This document shows, piece by piece, positions 15,898-25,881 of a DNA stretch of 64,000 nt (within the stretch, counting starts at the first letter, position 1; every line of letters begins with the position of its first letter). Location: contig CANJII010000018.1 in assembly GCA_947474435.1 (NCBI GenBank), forward strand, positions 2,165 to 66,164, written 5' to 3'. This DNA comes from Chitinophagaceae bacterium (GTDB lineage: Bacteria > Bacteroidota > Bacteroidia > Chitinophagales > UBA10324). The translations under genes and the position numbers were made by a program. Under the pieces are notes generated by a model. The model saw only the letters and a list, made by a program, of their open reading frames with translations, did no database searches and was not told where the DNA came from.

Positions 15898-18800
15898 ATG
15901 AAAAAAATTTACACATTAGTTAGTTTTTTAACCCTGATTTGTTTAGCATTTATTAACAATGCATATTCTCAGGCAACTCAGACTTATAATTCCGGTAGCG
16001 GAATTTGGAACTGCCCCAATGGAATTACCTCCATTACTGTTGAATGCTGGGGTGGCGGCGGTGCCGGTGGTGGAAACTCTTCTAATTACGGAGGAGGAGG
16101 TGGCGGTGGCGGTGGTGCATTTAGCAGGTCCGTTATAACTGTAAGTCCCGGGTTTCCTTATCCTTATACAGTAGGAAATGGTGGAAACGGAGTTGCAGGT
16201 GGTAACGGAAATCCCGGCAACGATTCTTGGTTTGCAAGTGCTATTACGATATTGGCAAAAGGTGGTGCGGCTGGTCTTGAACCCGTTGGCACTAATGGTG
16301 GAGTTGCAGGTAATGGAGGTGCTGCAGGATCAAGTATTGGCACTACAAAATATTCAGGCGCCAATGGTGGAGCAGGAAGAAATAATACAAATGGAACTGG
16401 TGGTGGTGGTGGTTCTTCTGCGGGTAATACTTCTGCAGTTGTAAATAATGGAGCAGCCGGAACTACTACTCCAGGTGCTGGTGGTGCGGCTCCTGTTGGT
16501 GGTGGTGCAGGTGGTGATGGAGGCGCTACAAATACTGCCGGAAATCCTGGAAATGCTCCAGGTGCAGGTGGCGGTGGATCCGGTGATGAAAATAATACAG
16601 CTAATCGTGTTGGAGGTAACGGAGCGAATGGAAGAGTAATTCTAATTTATCCTTCAATAACTTCATTTAGTCCAACATTTGCCTGTGTTGGCAGTAGCAC
16701 TGTTGTTACAATAACAGGAACAAATTTAACAGGCGCCACTGCAGTCAGATTCAATTTAGTTAATGCTCCAATATTTACTGTTGTAAATTCAACAACAATA
16801 ACAGTAACATTACCTGCAGCTGCCACTACAGGATTATTGTCAGTTGTAATTGGCGCTAATACAGCCTACAGCTTATCTAACTTTACAGTTAGTCCAATAC
16901 CTTCCCCAGCAATTACTCCAAACTATTGCACAGGTGGAGGATTTGTAGCTTTGCAGGCATCGTTAGGTTATTCAAATTATAGTTGGAACAATGGAGGAAC
17001 TGCTTCATTAACGAATATAAATCAGGCTGGAAATTATTCAGTAACAGTAACAAGTGCCGCCGGATGTACCGGTTCGGCATCTATTACAGCTGGAACTGAA
17101 CTTGTAGTGAATGGAAATTTTTCCGCAGGAAATACGGGATTTACAAGTAATTATACTTATCAAGCTGATGTTGCCGGAAATACTGAATTATATCCTGAAG
17201 GGCTTTATGGCGTTGGAACAAATGCGAATAATTATCACAATTTACTTTTTAGCACCGCGCATGGCGGATCCGGAAACTTCATGATCATTAATGGAGATCC
17301 GGCAACAGGTAGTATTGTTTGGTCTGAAACAGCAACTGTTACTCCAAACACAACCTATTATTTTTCAGCATGGGCAACAAGTATTTCTAATTTAAATAAT
17401 GCAGTATTGCAATTTAAAGTTAATGGTTTACAGGTAGGAACTGTTGCATATTTACCAAATGGTCCTGACAATTGGGTTCGCTTTTATGGTTCGTGGAATT
17501 CAGGTTCGGCAACAAGTGCTGTTATTTCTATCGTGGATTTGCAAACAATTTTAGGAGGTAATGATTTTGGCTTAGATGATATTTCATTCGGAACACTTTC
17601 ACCTATAAGTTTTTCAGTTACACCTGATGCAAATGGTAATAACGGAACTTGTGTTGGTAATTCCCTTCAATTATATGCTAACGGAGCTGGTGGCATGAGC
17701 CCATTCAATTATTCATGGTCTGGTCCAGGTGCCTTTTCTTCAACTTTACAAAATCCAATAGTTACGGCAATTGCAAGTGCCGCTAATGATGGTTCATATA
17801 CTGTAACAGTAACTGATGTTAATGGATGTTCGGTATCATCAAGTGTAAGCGTAACTGTGGCATCATTACCAACAAATTCACTTTCAACAACTGCAACTTT
17901 ACCAACAATATGTTTGGGTTCATCAACAACTATTAATGTTGCATTGTCTCAAACCGGAGTAAATTATCAACTAAGAAATAATACCGGTAATATAGATATC
18001 GGAAATGCAATTTCAGGGACCGGAGGGACAATCAGTTTCCCAACCGGAATATTAACAAGCACTACAACTTTTAACATACTTGCAACAAATGATAATGCTG
18101 ATTGCTCAGTTCAGTTAAGTACCACACCAACCGTAACGGTGGCACCAACACCAGTCCTTGTAATAACAAATCAAACAATTTGTACCGGAAATGTGGATTT
18201 AACTTTACCTGCAGTAACTGCCGGTAGTTCAGGTGGTGGTGCATTAACTTATTGGACCAATGCGGGTGCAACAATTGCATTAGGCACTCCTACTGCTGTA
18301 ACTGTAAATGGAACATATTATATTAAAAGCACTGTTGGAAGTTGCTTCGATATTAAGCCTGTTGTTGTAAATATTGGAGCAGTACCCGGCGGTGCAGCAA
18401 TCAGTTACCCTACAACGCCTTTTTGCAGTTCTGAAGCCGATCCACTTCCCACTTTGAGCGGTGGCGCTTTTGCTGATGCATTTACATCAACTGCCGGATT
18501 AGTATTTATAAGTTCAAGCACAGGTCAAATAGATTTATCGGCAAGTACCAGTGGAACATATACTATTACACTTACAATGACTCCAGGAGGAGCTTGTCCA
18601 GTAGTAACAAGAACCACTTCAATTACAATTACCAGTGCACCAAATCCAAATTTTAGTTATGTAACAAATGGTTTGTGTCAAAGTGTAAATGCGGCTCCAT
18701 CCTCACCTGTTTTCACCGGAGGTGCAGCAGGTGGTACTTTTACTTCATCTTCAGCTTTGTTGAGTATTGCAGCAAATGGTGTTATTGATATTGCTGCATC

Positions 18801-21800
18801 AACTCCAGGAAATTATGCAGTAATAAATACTATTGCCGCAACAGGTGGTTGCCTGGCTGTAGCAGACACACAATTTATCGACATTAACCCATATACATTT
18901 ACAGGATCTTTAAATGCTTCTTCATCCACCAACGCTATATGCCTGGGACAGAGTGTAAATTTATTTTCTGCAGCAACCAGCTATCTTACCGTTTTAGAAA
19001 GAGAAAATTTTAATGGTTCTTTTAGTGGTTGGTCAGTCATAAATAATGTCGGCTCTTCTGCTGCCGCTTCCTGGACACTTCGTCCAAATGGATATACTTC
19101 GGGAGTTACCTATAATTCGAATGATAATTCTCAATTCTATTTATCTAATAGTAATCAAGGTGCTGGCACTACGACTTCAACTTATCTGCAATCACCTGCC
19201 ATGAGCACTATTGGGTTTTCTAATTTAGGTTTAGAATTCTACCATTTTTATGATGCAAGAGCTTCGGGTGATAATATCAAAGTTGATATATCAACCAACG
19301 GATCAACCTGGACCACACTTTATACTTCAACAACAGATGTTGGTACAAGCAATGGTTTTATAGCAACTACTGTTTCGTTAAATGCTTATGTTGGTTTACC
19401 TACTTTTTATGTTCGATTTTTATTCACTGCATCGAACGACCGCGCGTGGGCCATTGATAACATTACTATTTCCGGTAACTCGACCAACTATGCGTATAAC
19501 TGGATTTCTGCTCCTTCAGGTTTTACCTCTGCTATTGATAATCCTATAGGCGTATCTCCAATCGTAAATACATTTTATGTTGTAACAGCAACTAACAATT
19601 ATGGCTGTTCTACCCCAACATCACCAATTCCTGTTACAGTAAACCCAAACCCAACTGCAATTGCAGGAACTAACAGTTCGGTATGCAGCGGGTCAGGAAT
19701 AATAATTGGAAACGGAGGTACAGTTGGGAATACTTATTCGTGGTCTCCATCAACCGGATTGAATAATTCTACTATTTCAAATCCTAATGCATCACCAATT
19801 GCTAACTCTACCTATACATTAACTGAAACTGTAACATCAACTGGCTGTTCGGCTTCAAATAGTGTGGTTGTCACTGTAAATCCAGCAGGGCAATGGATAG
19901 GAAGTGTAAGTTCAGATTGGAATAACCCATTGAACTGGTGCGGAGGTGTACCTACACCATCTACTGATGTGATCATACCAACAGGTGTATTGTCATTTGA
20001 ACCTTCAATTTTTAATTCCCCAAATGCTACCTGTCATAACCTGAATATTCAAAGTGGTCATACTTTATCAATTTTAACTGGTGGCATTTTAGATTTATAT
20101 GGTAACTTAACGATTGGTGGCACATTTACACATACTGGTGGAGATCTTGAATTAGTAGGAACTTCAGTTCAAACGCTGCCTGCAATTACAGCTTATAATT
20201 TAAAATTAAATAACTCAACAGGTGTTATCCTAAATGGCAATATAAATGTGAATGGTGACCTTGTAATTGATGCTTCGATTTTAGATGTTTCGACTTCAGT
20301 AAAAACTATAAATTTTGCTAAGAACATTACACTTCAAAATGGCGGAACATTCAATGATAATTGTCTTGACTTTTTAAATTTATCTACGAGCAGTGCAACT
20401 TCTAATCAAATAATAAATGGTAATGCTCAATTAATAAAGTGTTTAAACTTAACATCAGTAAAAACTGCTGGTTCATTACAATTTGCAGGCGCTGCCGGAA
20501 ATACAGATGCAGTAATTACTGAAGATTTATTAATTAATCATACTTCTACTGCAGTGATAACCGACAATGGAAATACATTAACTGTAGGTGACGATGTTCA
20601 GTTAGGAAGTGCAACTTCAACAATTGCCAACTTTAATTTCACAGGTACATTAAAAATGGATTGTATTAACGGATCGGGTGATGTTCACATCAGTGATTTT
20701 GCAGGTACAGGAATTACCATTGCACATTTAAATAATTTAATAATTGATGTCGATGCGGCTGCTCCAATTACCACTGTTCAATTATATCCATTGGTAAGCA
20801 CGGGCCAAACACTTTTCCTTAATGGGTCATTAAGTATACTTAATTTAAATAACTCATTTACCAATTTAAGTTCATTCAACAATAACATTTCATTGAAAGG
20901 CAACTGGACAAATTATGGAACTGCAGGATTTACAGAGGGAACCAGTCAGGTTTCATTTGCCGGAACAGCTGCAGCACAAACAATCAATTCACCCGAGGTG
21001 TTTTATAAATTAGAAATCAATAATGCAAATGGAGTTTCGGTAAATAACAATATTATCGTTTCTTCTGAACTGAAATTAACCAACGGAAAATTAACTACCG
21101 GTGCAAATGAGGTTTCCGTTATAAATAATGCGGTGGGTTCTGTTTCATCCTATTCAGTTGCTTCTTATGTGGTTGGAAATCTTCGCCGCTCTGTTGCGGC
21201 AACAGGAACTTATAATTTCCCGGTTGGAACTATTAATTATCAATTAGCTACTGTCAAGTTAAATAGTTCATCGGGTATGAATTCTATTTTAGCTTTTTTC
21301 AATACTACAATTACAGGAACATATCCGAATTTTCCGGCTACTCAAATAAACGGATCGGGAATTTATGGTGTTTTAAATAGTGGTTTCTGGACCATAACTC
21401 CTGATGCGTATACTGCGGTTAATTATGATATCACTTTAAATCAGAGGGGTTACAGCAATTTTTCGGGCAACGCCAATCAGTTAGGCGTAATCAAACGACC
21501 AAATGCTGCTTCATTATGGTCAGGTACTACAATAGCCGGATCAAATGGGTTTCATAATAATGCAACTCAATCAATTGGTGGAGGAACAGCTACCGCCTTG
21601 CGAACTGCTGTTACCAGTTTTTCAGATTTCATAATTGGTATTGGTGGAAATCCGCTTCCGGTTGAGTTAACAACATTTACAGCTACAGCGGTTGATAATA
21701 AAGAAGTTGATTTGTTCTGGAACACACAGGCTGAAATCAATTGCAGTTATTTTTCAGTTCAGCGCAGTGAATATGGTTCTGAATTTATTGAATTAGGAAA

Positions 21801-22191
21801 AGTAATTGGAAATGGAACAAGCCAGATTTCACATGATTATACTTTTATTGATCATTCACCTTTATGCTCAATTGCATACTATCGTTTAATGCAGGTTGAT
21901 GAAAATGGTGATATTCATTATACTCCTATTGCTTCGGCAACAATCAATTGTGGGGCTGATTTTTCATTGTACCCGAATCCGACCATTGATCATTTAACTA
22001 TTGATTTAAGTGGAATGGAAATGCCGAATTCAGTAATAACTATTATTGGAATTGATGGGAAAGAATATTTGAAAAATACAGTTTCAGGTTCGTTTCTGAA
22101 TTTGAATGTATCAAAGCTTCCTGCCGGTTTTTATTTCATTAACATTAATAATGGCATCAAAAACCTGAATAGTAGTTTTATTAAAGAATAG
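15898..22191 (+). CDS. Giant T9SS cargo (2097 aa): Gly-rich head, IPT/Ig-like, CBM-like, MAM-like and beta-helix-like regions, plus a type-A CTD
   Basis: I place the start at the ATG at 15898 (MKKIYTLVSFLTLICLAFINNAYS|QATQ). The track ORF begins 48 codons earlier without a signal peptide. Motifs include ITVECWGGGGAGGG...GGGGGGGGG, ELVVNGNFSAGNTGF...GLDDISFG (CBM-like) and NFNGSFSGWS...WAIDNITISG (MAM-like). The C-terminus FSLYPNPTIDHLTIDL...PAGFYFININNG is a CTD. Confidence 0.85.
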   Translation: MKKIYTLVSFLTLICLAFINNAYSQATQTYNSGSGIWNCPNGITSITVECWGGGGAGGGNSSNYGGGGGGGGGAFSRSVITVSPGFPYPYTVGNGGNGVAGGNGNPGNDSWFASAITILAKGGAAGLEPVGTNGGVAGNGGAAGSSIGTTKYSGANGGAGRNNTNGTGGGGGSSAGNTSAVVNNGAAGTTTPGAGGAAPVGGGAGGDGGATNTAGNPGNAPGAGGGGSGDENNTANRVGGNGANGRVILIYPSITSFSPTFACVGSSTVVTITGTNLTGATAVRFNLVNAPIFTVVNSTTITVTLPAAATTGLLSVVIGANTAYSLSNFTVSPIPSPAITPNYCTGGGFVALQASLGYSNYSWNNGGTASLTNINQAGNYSVTVTSAAGCTGSASITAGTELVVNGNFSAGNTGFTSNYTYQADVAGNTELYPEGLYGVGTNANNYHNLLFSTAHGGSGNFMIINGDPATGSIVWSETATVTPNTTYYFSAWATSISNLNNAVLQFKVNGLQVGTVAYLPNGPDNWVRFYGSWNSGSATSAVISIVDLQTILGGNDFGLDDISFGTLSPISFSVTPDANGNNGTCVGNSLQLYANGAGGMSPFNYSWSGPGAFSSTLQNPIVTAIASAANDGSYTVTVTDVNGCSVSSSVSVTVASLPTNSLSTTATLPTICLGSSTTINVALSQTGVNYQLRNNTGNIDIGNAISGTGGTISFPTGILTSTTTFNILATNDNADCSVQLSTTPTVTVAPTPVLVITNQTICTGNVDLTLPAVTAGSSGGGALTYWTNAGATIALGTPTAVTVNGTYYIKSTVGSCFDIKPVVVNIGAVPGGAAISYPTTPFCSSEADPLPTLSGGAFADAFTSTAGLVFISSSTGQIDLSASTSGTYTITLTMTPGGACPVVTRTTSITITSAPNPNFSYVTNGLCQSVNAAPSSPVFTGGAAGGTFTSSSALLSIAANGVIDIAASTPGNYAVINTIAATGGCLAVADTQFIDINPYTFTGSLNASSSTNAICLGQSVNLFSAATSYLTVLERENFNGSFSGWSVINNVGSSAAASWTLRPNGYTSGVTYNSNDNSQFYLSNSNQGAGTTTSTYLQSPAMSTIGFSNLGLEFYHFYDARASGDNIKVDISTNGSTWTTLYTSTTDVGTSNGFIATTVSLNAYVGLPTFYVRFLFTASNDRAWAIDNITISGNSTNYAYNWISAPSGFTSAIDNPIGVSPIVNTFYVVTATNNYGCSTPTSPIPVTVNPNPTAIAGTNSSVCSGSGIIIGNGGTVGNTYSWSPSTGLNNSTISNPNASPIANSTYTLTETVTSTGCSASNSVVVTVNPAGQWIGSVSSDWNNPLNWCGGVPTPSTDVIIPTGVLSFEPSIFNSPNATCHNLNIQSGHTLSILTGGILDLYGNLTIGGTFTHTGGDLELVGTSVQTLPAITAYNLKLNNSTGVILNGNINVNGDLVIDASILDVSTSVKTINFAKNITLQNGGTFNDNCLDFLNLSTSSATSNQIINGNAQLIKCLNLTSVKTAGSLQFAGAAGNTDAVITEDLLINHTSTAVITDNGNTLTVGDDVQLGSATSTIANFNFTGTLKMDCINGSGDVHISDFAGTGITIAHLNNLIIDVDAAAPITTVQLYPLVSTGQTLFLNGSLSILNLNNSFTNLSSFNNNISLKGNWTNYGTAGFTEGTSQVSFAGTAAAQTINSPEVFYKLEINNANGVSVNNNIIVSSELKLTNGKLTTGANEVSVINNAVGSVSSYSVASYVVGNLRRSVAATGTYNFPVGTINYQLATVKLNSSSGMNSILAFFNTTITGTYPNFPATQINGSGIYGVLNSGFWTITPDAYTAVNYDITLNQRGYSNFSGNANQLGVIKRPNAASLWSGTTIAGSNGFHNNATQSIGGGTATALRTAVTSFSDFIIGIGGNPLPVELTTFTATAVDNKEVDLFWNTQAEINCSYFSVQRSEYGSEFIELGKVIGNGTSQISHDYTFIDHSPLCSIAYYRLMQVDENGDIHYTPIASATINCGADFSLYPNPTIDHLTIDLSGMEMPNSVITIIGIDGKEYLKNTVSGSFLNLNVSKLPAGFYFININNGIKNLNSSFIKE

Positions 22192-22211
22192 ATTTTAATA
22201 AACATAATTAC

Positions 22212-22255
22212 AAAAAAGCAAGAGGCTGATGCCCTGCATCAGCCTCTTGCTTTTT
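22212..22255. terminator. Bidirectional rho-independent terminator between the convergent giant genes
   Basis: Perfect 15-bp stem gcaagaggctgatgc (22218-22232) / gcatcagcctcttgc (22236-22250) with a 3-nt loop. It is flanked by A6 upstream and T5 downstream. Confidence 0.9.
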
Positions 22256-22270
22256 GTTATAATATACTGA

Positions 22271-25200
22271 TTAATTCTTCAAAAACTTTTTCAATACCGG
22301 CTCACTGTTACCTGAGCTGAATTTCACAAAATAAAATCCCGTGGGTAAATTATCGAGCGGCATTTTAAACTGGTTTTGTCCTTCATAAAAATTTTGTGTT
22401 TGGCTGTAAACCAACCGGCCGGCCAAATCAACAATCTGAATTTCCTGATCACCTTCTTTTTTCATTTGCACTGCCACATTAATTTCAGTTGTTGCAGGAT
22501 TCGGGAAAACATTAACATCATCCGATGTTAAAACCACCTGTACATTGTTGAGCGATTGTATAGGACTGTAAGATGATGTTCCATCAAAGTCAACTTGTTT
22601 CAACCGGTAGTACGACATTCCATCCAATGGTTGCTCATCATTCAATTCATAATCATGACGAACCAAACTGGTGCCCATACCTTCTACCCTTCCAATGGAT
22701 TCAAATGTTTTACCATCAGCACTTCGTTGCACATCAAAATATTCATTATTCAATTCAGCTGAAGTAACCCATTGAAGATTTGCATAATCATTGTTGATCA
22801 TGCTAACTGTAAATGACGATAGTGTTATAGGCAATGTACTTCCACCTCCATATCCCTCCCCGAAATCAGACCAGGTTGTAAGCAAGCTCGATGATGCCTG
22901 CAGTGCACTACCAACCACCTGACCAACAACAGGTATTTGTGTTCCCACAGCAGCCCAGGCGCTGGATGCATCGTGCCGTTTTAATAAATAATAATTTGTA
23001 TTTGAATTTAAACCCGTATTTGTATAACCACTCATAAGTGATGTGGCAGTATAAGTTCCGGCTGTCATGGTTGCATTTGGTGTAACAGTCCAGTAACCGG
23101 TATTTAACATTCCGCTGATTGCCACCCCGCTCACCACTATTCCTGATGGAGGAGTCGGAGCAGAAGCAGTAAAGGTTCCAAGCAGATTTGAAATACCGAC
23201 CTGAACCACCAGTGTTATTGTAATGGGCTGATAAGTAGTTGAAGTGCCTAACGGGAAAATGTATGCACCTGATGCACCAACTGTTCTTCTCAGATTTCCA
23301 TAAATGTAGCTCTGAGTTCCATAGCCGGAAATACTGCTTGTTGAACTGGTCATCATATTTACTTCAAAAGATCCTGTTGCTAATTTTCCGCTTACAAAAG
23401 TGAGTGTGCTGTTTACATACGCATTTTTTGCAAGTGTTACAGTTCCGGTTAAATCTAACCGAAGACGATAAACAGCATCGGTATAAGTTGCAACTAATTC
23501 GCCACCAGTTGTACATTCATTTTTATATGTGAGATCATAAAATGCATTTGGTAATGGCTCAGCGCTCATGGTTCCGTTTTCGCGTTGAATAGTTGCCATG
23601 TTTTCAAGTGCCCATGTTTTTCCATTCAAATCAACATTTCCATTTCGTAAAATAGTGAGTGAATCGACCAGTACATTATCAATCAGTTTCACTCCGGTGG
23701 CATTATCAATTGTAACATTTTGAAACCAAAGGTTTGAACCAGTATTGTCAATTGATTGTAAACTGGTTCCATCTAAATAAATCAAACTCCCGTAATCAAA
23801 ATTCAAATTTCCGGTTAATGACACATGAATGTCACCCTTTATATGATTTATTCCATCTAACCATACTGTTTTAACATTTGATCCCCCGACACAACTATTA
23901 AGAATTGATAGGTTTCCATTACAATTAAATGTAGTGCTTAATGTAGTTGCAATTGCAGTTTGCGCTGTGCAATTCCAGGTAAAGTGATGAAAAGTTTGTC
24001 CGGTATTTAAAGGTCCTGTACTTGTAACTCCTGAAACAAGGCATGTTGATCCTGAAGCCCATGTAGCGGTTGGTATTCCGGTGCCGGCGGTTGCGCTTCC
24101 GTTTCTGTTGTACTCAAAAGTGCTTCCGTTGGCAAATGTTATTGTTCCGTTATTTGTAATTATTCCTTGGAGTTTTAAAGTTCCGCTTACTGTTATGTTC
24201 GCTCCTGTTCTCATGGTTAAGGTTGCAGCAGAACCAATTGTTAATGTATTGCCGGCAGGAATATATAATCCATCAATAGAAGAGCTTGCAGCAATAGTAG
24301 CAGTTAGTGTTGTACCATTCATAACCCAGATTCTGGCTGCAGAAGTAAGTGCAGAATAATTGTAATTTTTATCGCGCATATATATCAGGTAAGTATATGA
24401 ACCAGTAGCACCAGGATTATCGGTAAAAGAAGAAACAGAAGATCCATTATATATGACTGAATAACTTCCAACAGTTGTTGGGCCGGTGGTAGAAGTTGTT
24501 GAATAAGTAGTTTGATTGCTTACTGCCTGATCAGTGGCTACTAACCCTGCTTGTCGAAGAATTAAAATACCATCAACACCTGAATTTGCGTCAGTTCCTT
24601 GTGTAAAATTTATTGTATTACTTGTTCCTGAACATGTGGCTGATACTGCTGAAACCGCTGTAGGTGCAGTTACATCTGCCGTTGCAGAAGTTGCAGTATA
24701 ACACATCACATCATCAAAATAAATATCTACTGAACCCGAAGTATTGTTTTTTGCATATAAAATCGGGTAATAGGTATGGCCGTTTGTTGCACTGAAGGTA
24801 TAGGATGAATAGCCAAACGAGGTAGTTGTGGAATAATATGTTGGTGATATAGTTTCAGCTGAAGCCGTTACATCATAAATGGCAAACCGAACTCTCCCGT
24901 TTGTTGAACTAGCTTTTATCCAGCTGGAAACCGTAATATAATTAGTTCCGGAAGCAGGAATTGCAATGGTGCAGCTCGCATTTTTTAATTGTTTATCGCT
25001 GGTTGTATTTGCTGTATTCTTTACCGATTTTGTTCCGCTACGGTAATTGGCAGCAGTACTGTTTATAGCCCAGGTTCCGCTTGCTGTTGTCCAGTCAGTT
25101 AAACTGTTTTCGAAACCCATGTTGCTGCTGATGGCTGCAAACGATTCGGTTGAGTTTCCAAAGTTTCCGTACATAAATGCGCCAATGCCAAATAGTAAAG

Positions 25201-25303
25201 CAACAGCCAATACGCTGCCACTAACAACTAATCGTTGCCGCATTTGAGTTTTTACCTTGGTTTTGGGTGTTAATTGTAGCCTTGTTCTGTAAGGACCTGA
25301 CAT
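22271..25303 (-). CDS. T9SS cargo (1010 aa) with a CBM-like N-domain, a beta-helix-like region, a module shared with the 2097-aa protein, and a type-A CTD
   Basis: The C-terminus VFPNPATTEINVAV...LPTGFYFVKFSSGNSEPVLKKFLKN is a CTD. GNLRRTVGASGAYIFPLGT... and LPITLSSFTV...YFDVQRSADGKTFESIG...YYRLKQVDFDGTSSYSPI parallel the 2097-aa protein. The N-terminus has a TM/signal anchor, and the start may be M21 (25243). Confidence 0.8.
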   Translation of the reverse strand: MSGPYRTRLQLTPKTKVKTQMRQRLVVSGSVLAVALLFGIGAFMYGNFGNSTESFAAISSNMGFENSLTDWTTASGTWAINSTAANYRSGTKSVKNTANTTSDKQLKNASCTIAIPASGTNYITVSSWIKASSTNGRVRFAIYDVTASAETISPTYYSTTTSFGYSSYTFSATNGHTYYPILYAKNNTSGSVDIYFDDVMCYTATSATADVTAPTAVSAVSATCSGTSNTINFTQGTDANSGVDGILILRQAGLVATDQAVSNQTTYSTTSTTGPTTVGSYSVIYNGSSVSSFTDNPGATGSYTYLIYMRDKNYNYSALTSAARIWVMNGTTLTATIAASSSIDGLYIPAGNTLTIGSAATLTMRTGANITVSGTLKLQGIITNNGTITFANGSTFEYNRNGSATAGTGIPTATWASGSTCLVSGVTSTGPLNTGQTFHHFTWNCTAQTAIATTLSTTFNCNGNLSILNSCVGGSNVKTVWLDGINHIKGDIHVSLTGNLNFDYGSLIYLDGTSLQSIDNTGSNLWFQNVTIDNATGVKLIDNVLVDSLTILRNGNVDLNGKTWALENMATIQRENGTMSAEPLPNAFYDLTYKNECTTGGELVATYTDAVYRLRLDLTGTVTLAKNAYVNSTLTFVSGKLATGSFEVNMMTSSTSSISGYGTQSYIYGNLRRTVGASGAYIFPLGTSTTYQPITITLVVQVGISNLLGTFTASAPTPPSGIVVSGVAISGMLNTGYWTVTPNATMTAGTYTATSLMSGYTNTGLNSNTNYYLLKRHDASSAWAAVGTQIPVVGQVVGSALQASSSLLTTWSDFGEGYGGGSTLPITLSSFTVSMINNDYANLQWVTSAELNNEYFDVQRSADGKTFESIGRVEGMGTSLVRHDYELNDEQPLDGMSYYRLKQVDFDGTSSYSPIQSLNNVQVVLTSDDVNVFPNPATTEINVAVQMKKEGDQEIQIVDLAGRLVYSQTQNFYEGQNQFKMPLDNLPTGFYFVKFSSGNSEPVLKKFLKN

Positions 25304-25421
25304 AATTTTGGTGTTTTAATGCACCCCATTACTTTTTTATTTATTAAAAGTTTTATGCAGACAGAAAATTTTAAGTAACCAAATATTTTTAGTCCCGTTG
25401 AAAGCGAAAAAACATGCAGCA

Positions 25422-25769
25422 ATGAGAACAATTTTTTTTTCAGCATTAATAATCATAATCAGCTTAGGAATTTGCGAAGCACAAACTTCAACTAACTCTT
25501 CATTACCTCCTCGACAGAATACACAAGTTGAAAGTGTTACATCTCGATTGACACAGCAATTAAATTTAAGTCCCGCTCAAAAAGATCAGGTAACTGTTCT
25601 GTACCAACAAAGTTTACAACAAATTCAGCAGGTGGTTGAATCGAATAACAACGATAAGCATTTGGCAAACGATCAGATTCAAACATTGATACAACAGCGC
25701 GAAACTTCTTTGCAGGTAATATTAACTCCCGCTCAATTTAATTTATACCGTACATCAGGTACCAAATAA
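25422..25769 (+). CDS. Small secreted Gln-rich protein (helical, Spy/CpxP-like repeat flavour)
   Basis: ATG at 25422 gives MRTIFFSALIIIISLGICEA|QTST. Repeated L(S/T)PAQ motifs. The track ORF starts at an upstream TTG. Confidence 0.55.
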   Translation: MRTIFFSALIIIISLGICEAQTSTNSSLPPRQNTQVESVTSRLTQQLNLSPAQKDQVTVLYQQSLQQIQQVVESNNNDKHLANDQIQTLIQQRETSLQVILTPAQFNLYRTSGTK

Positions 25770-25791
25770 TTATTTCAGAATAAAATATTGA

Positions 25792-25827
25792 AAGTCGCTC
25801 GGAGAATCCTCGTGCGACTTTTTTTAT
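25792..25827 (+). terminator. Rho-independent terminator
   Basis: Stem aagtcgc / gcgactt (25792-25798 and 25814-25820) followed by a T run. Confidence 0.6.
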
Positions 25828-25881
25828 TTTGTTTATATAGTTGATGATTAAAATATTTATTCGATATCACCGAACAAAAAA

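Noticed and set aside
16164-16639. Three ORFs (16164-16364 minus; 16178-16444 and 16448-16639 plus) overlapping the Gly-rich region
   Set aside because: They are artefacts of GGN-rich sequence and have no start context or domain content.
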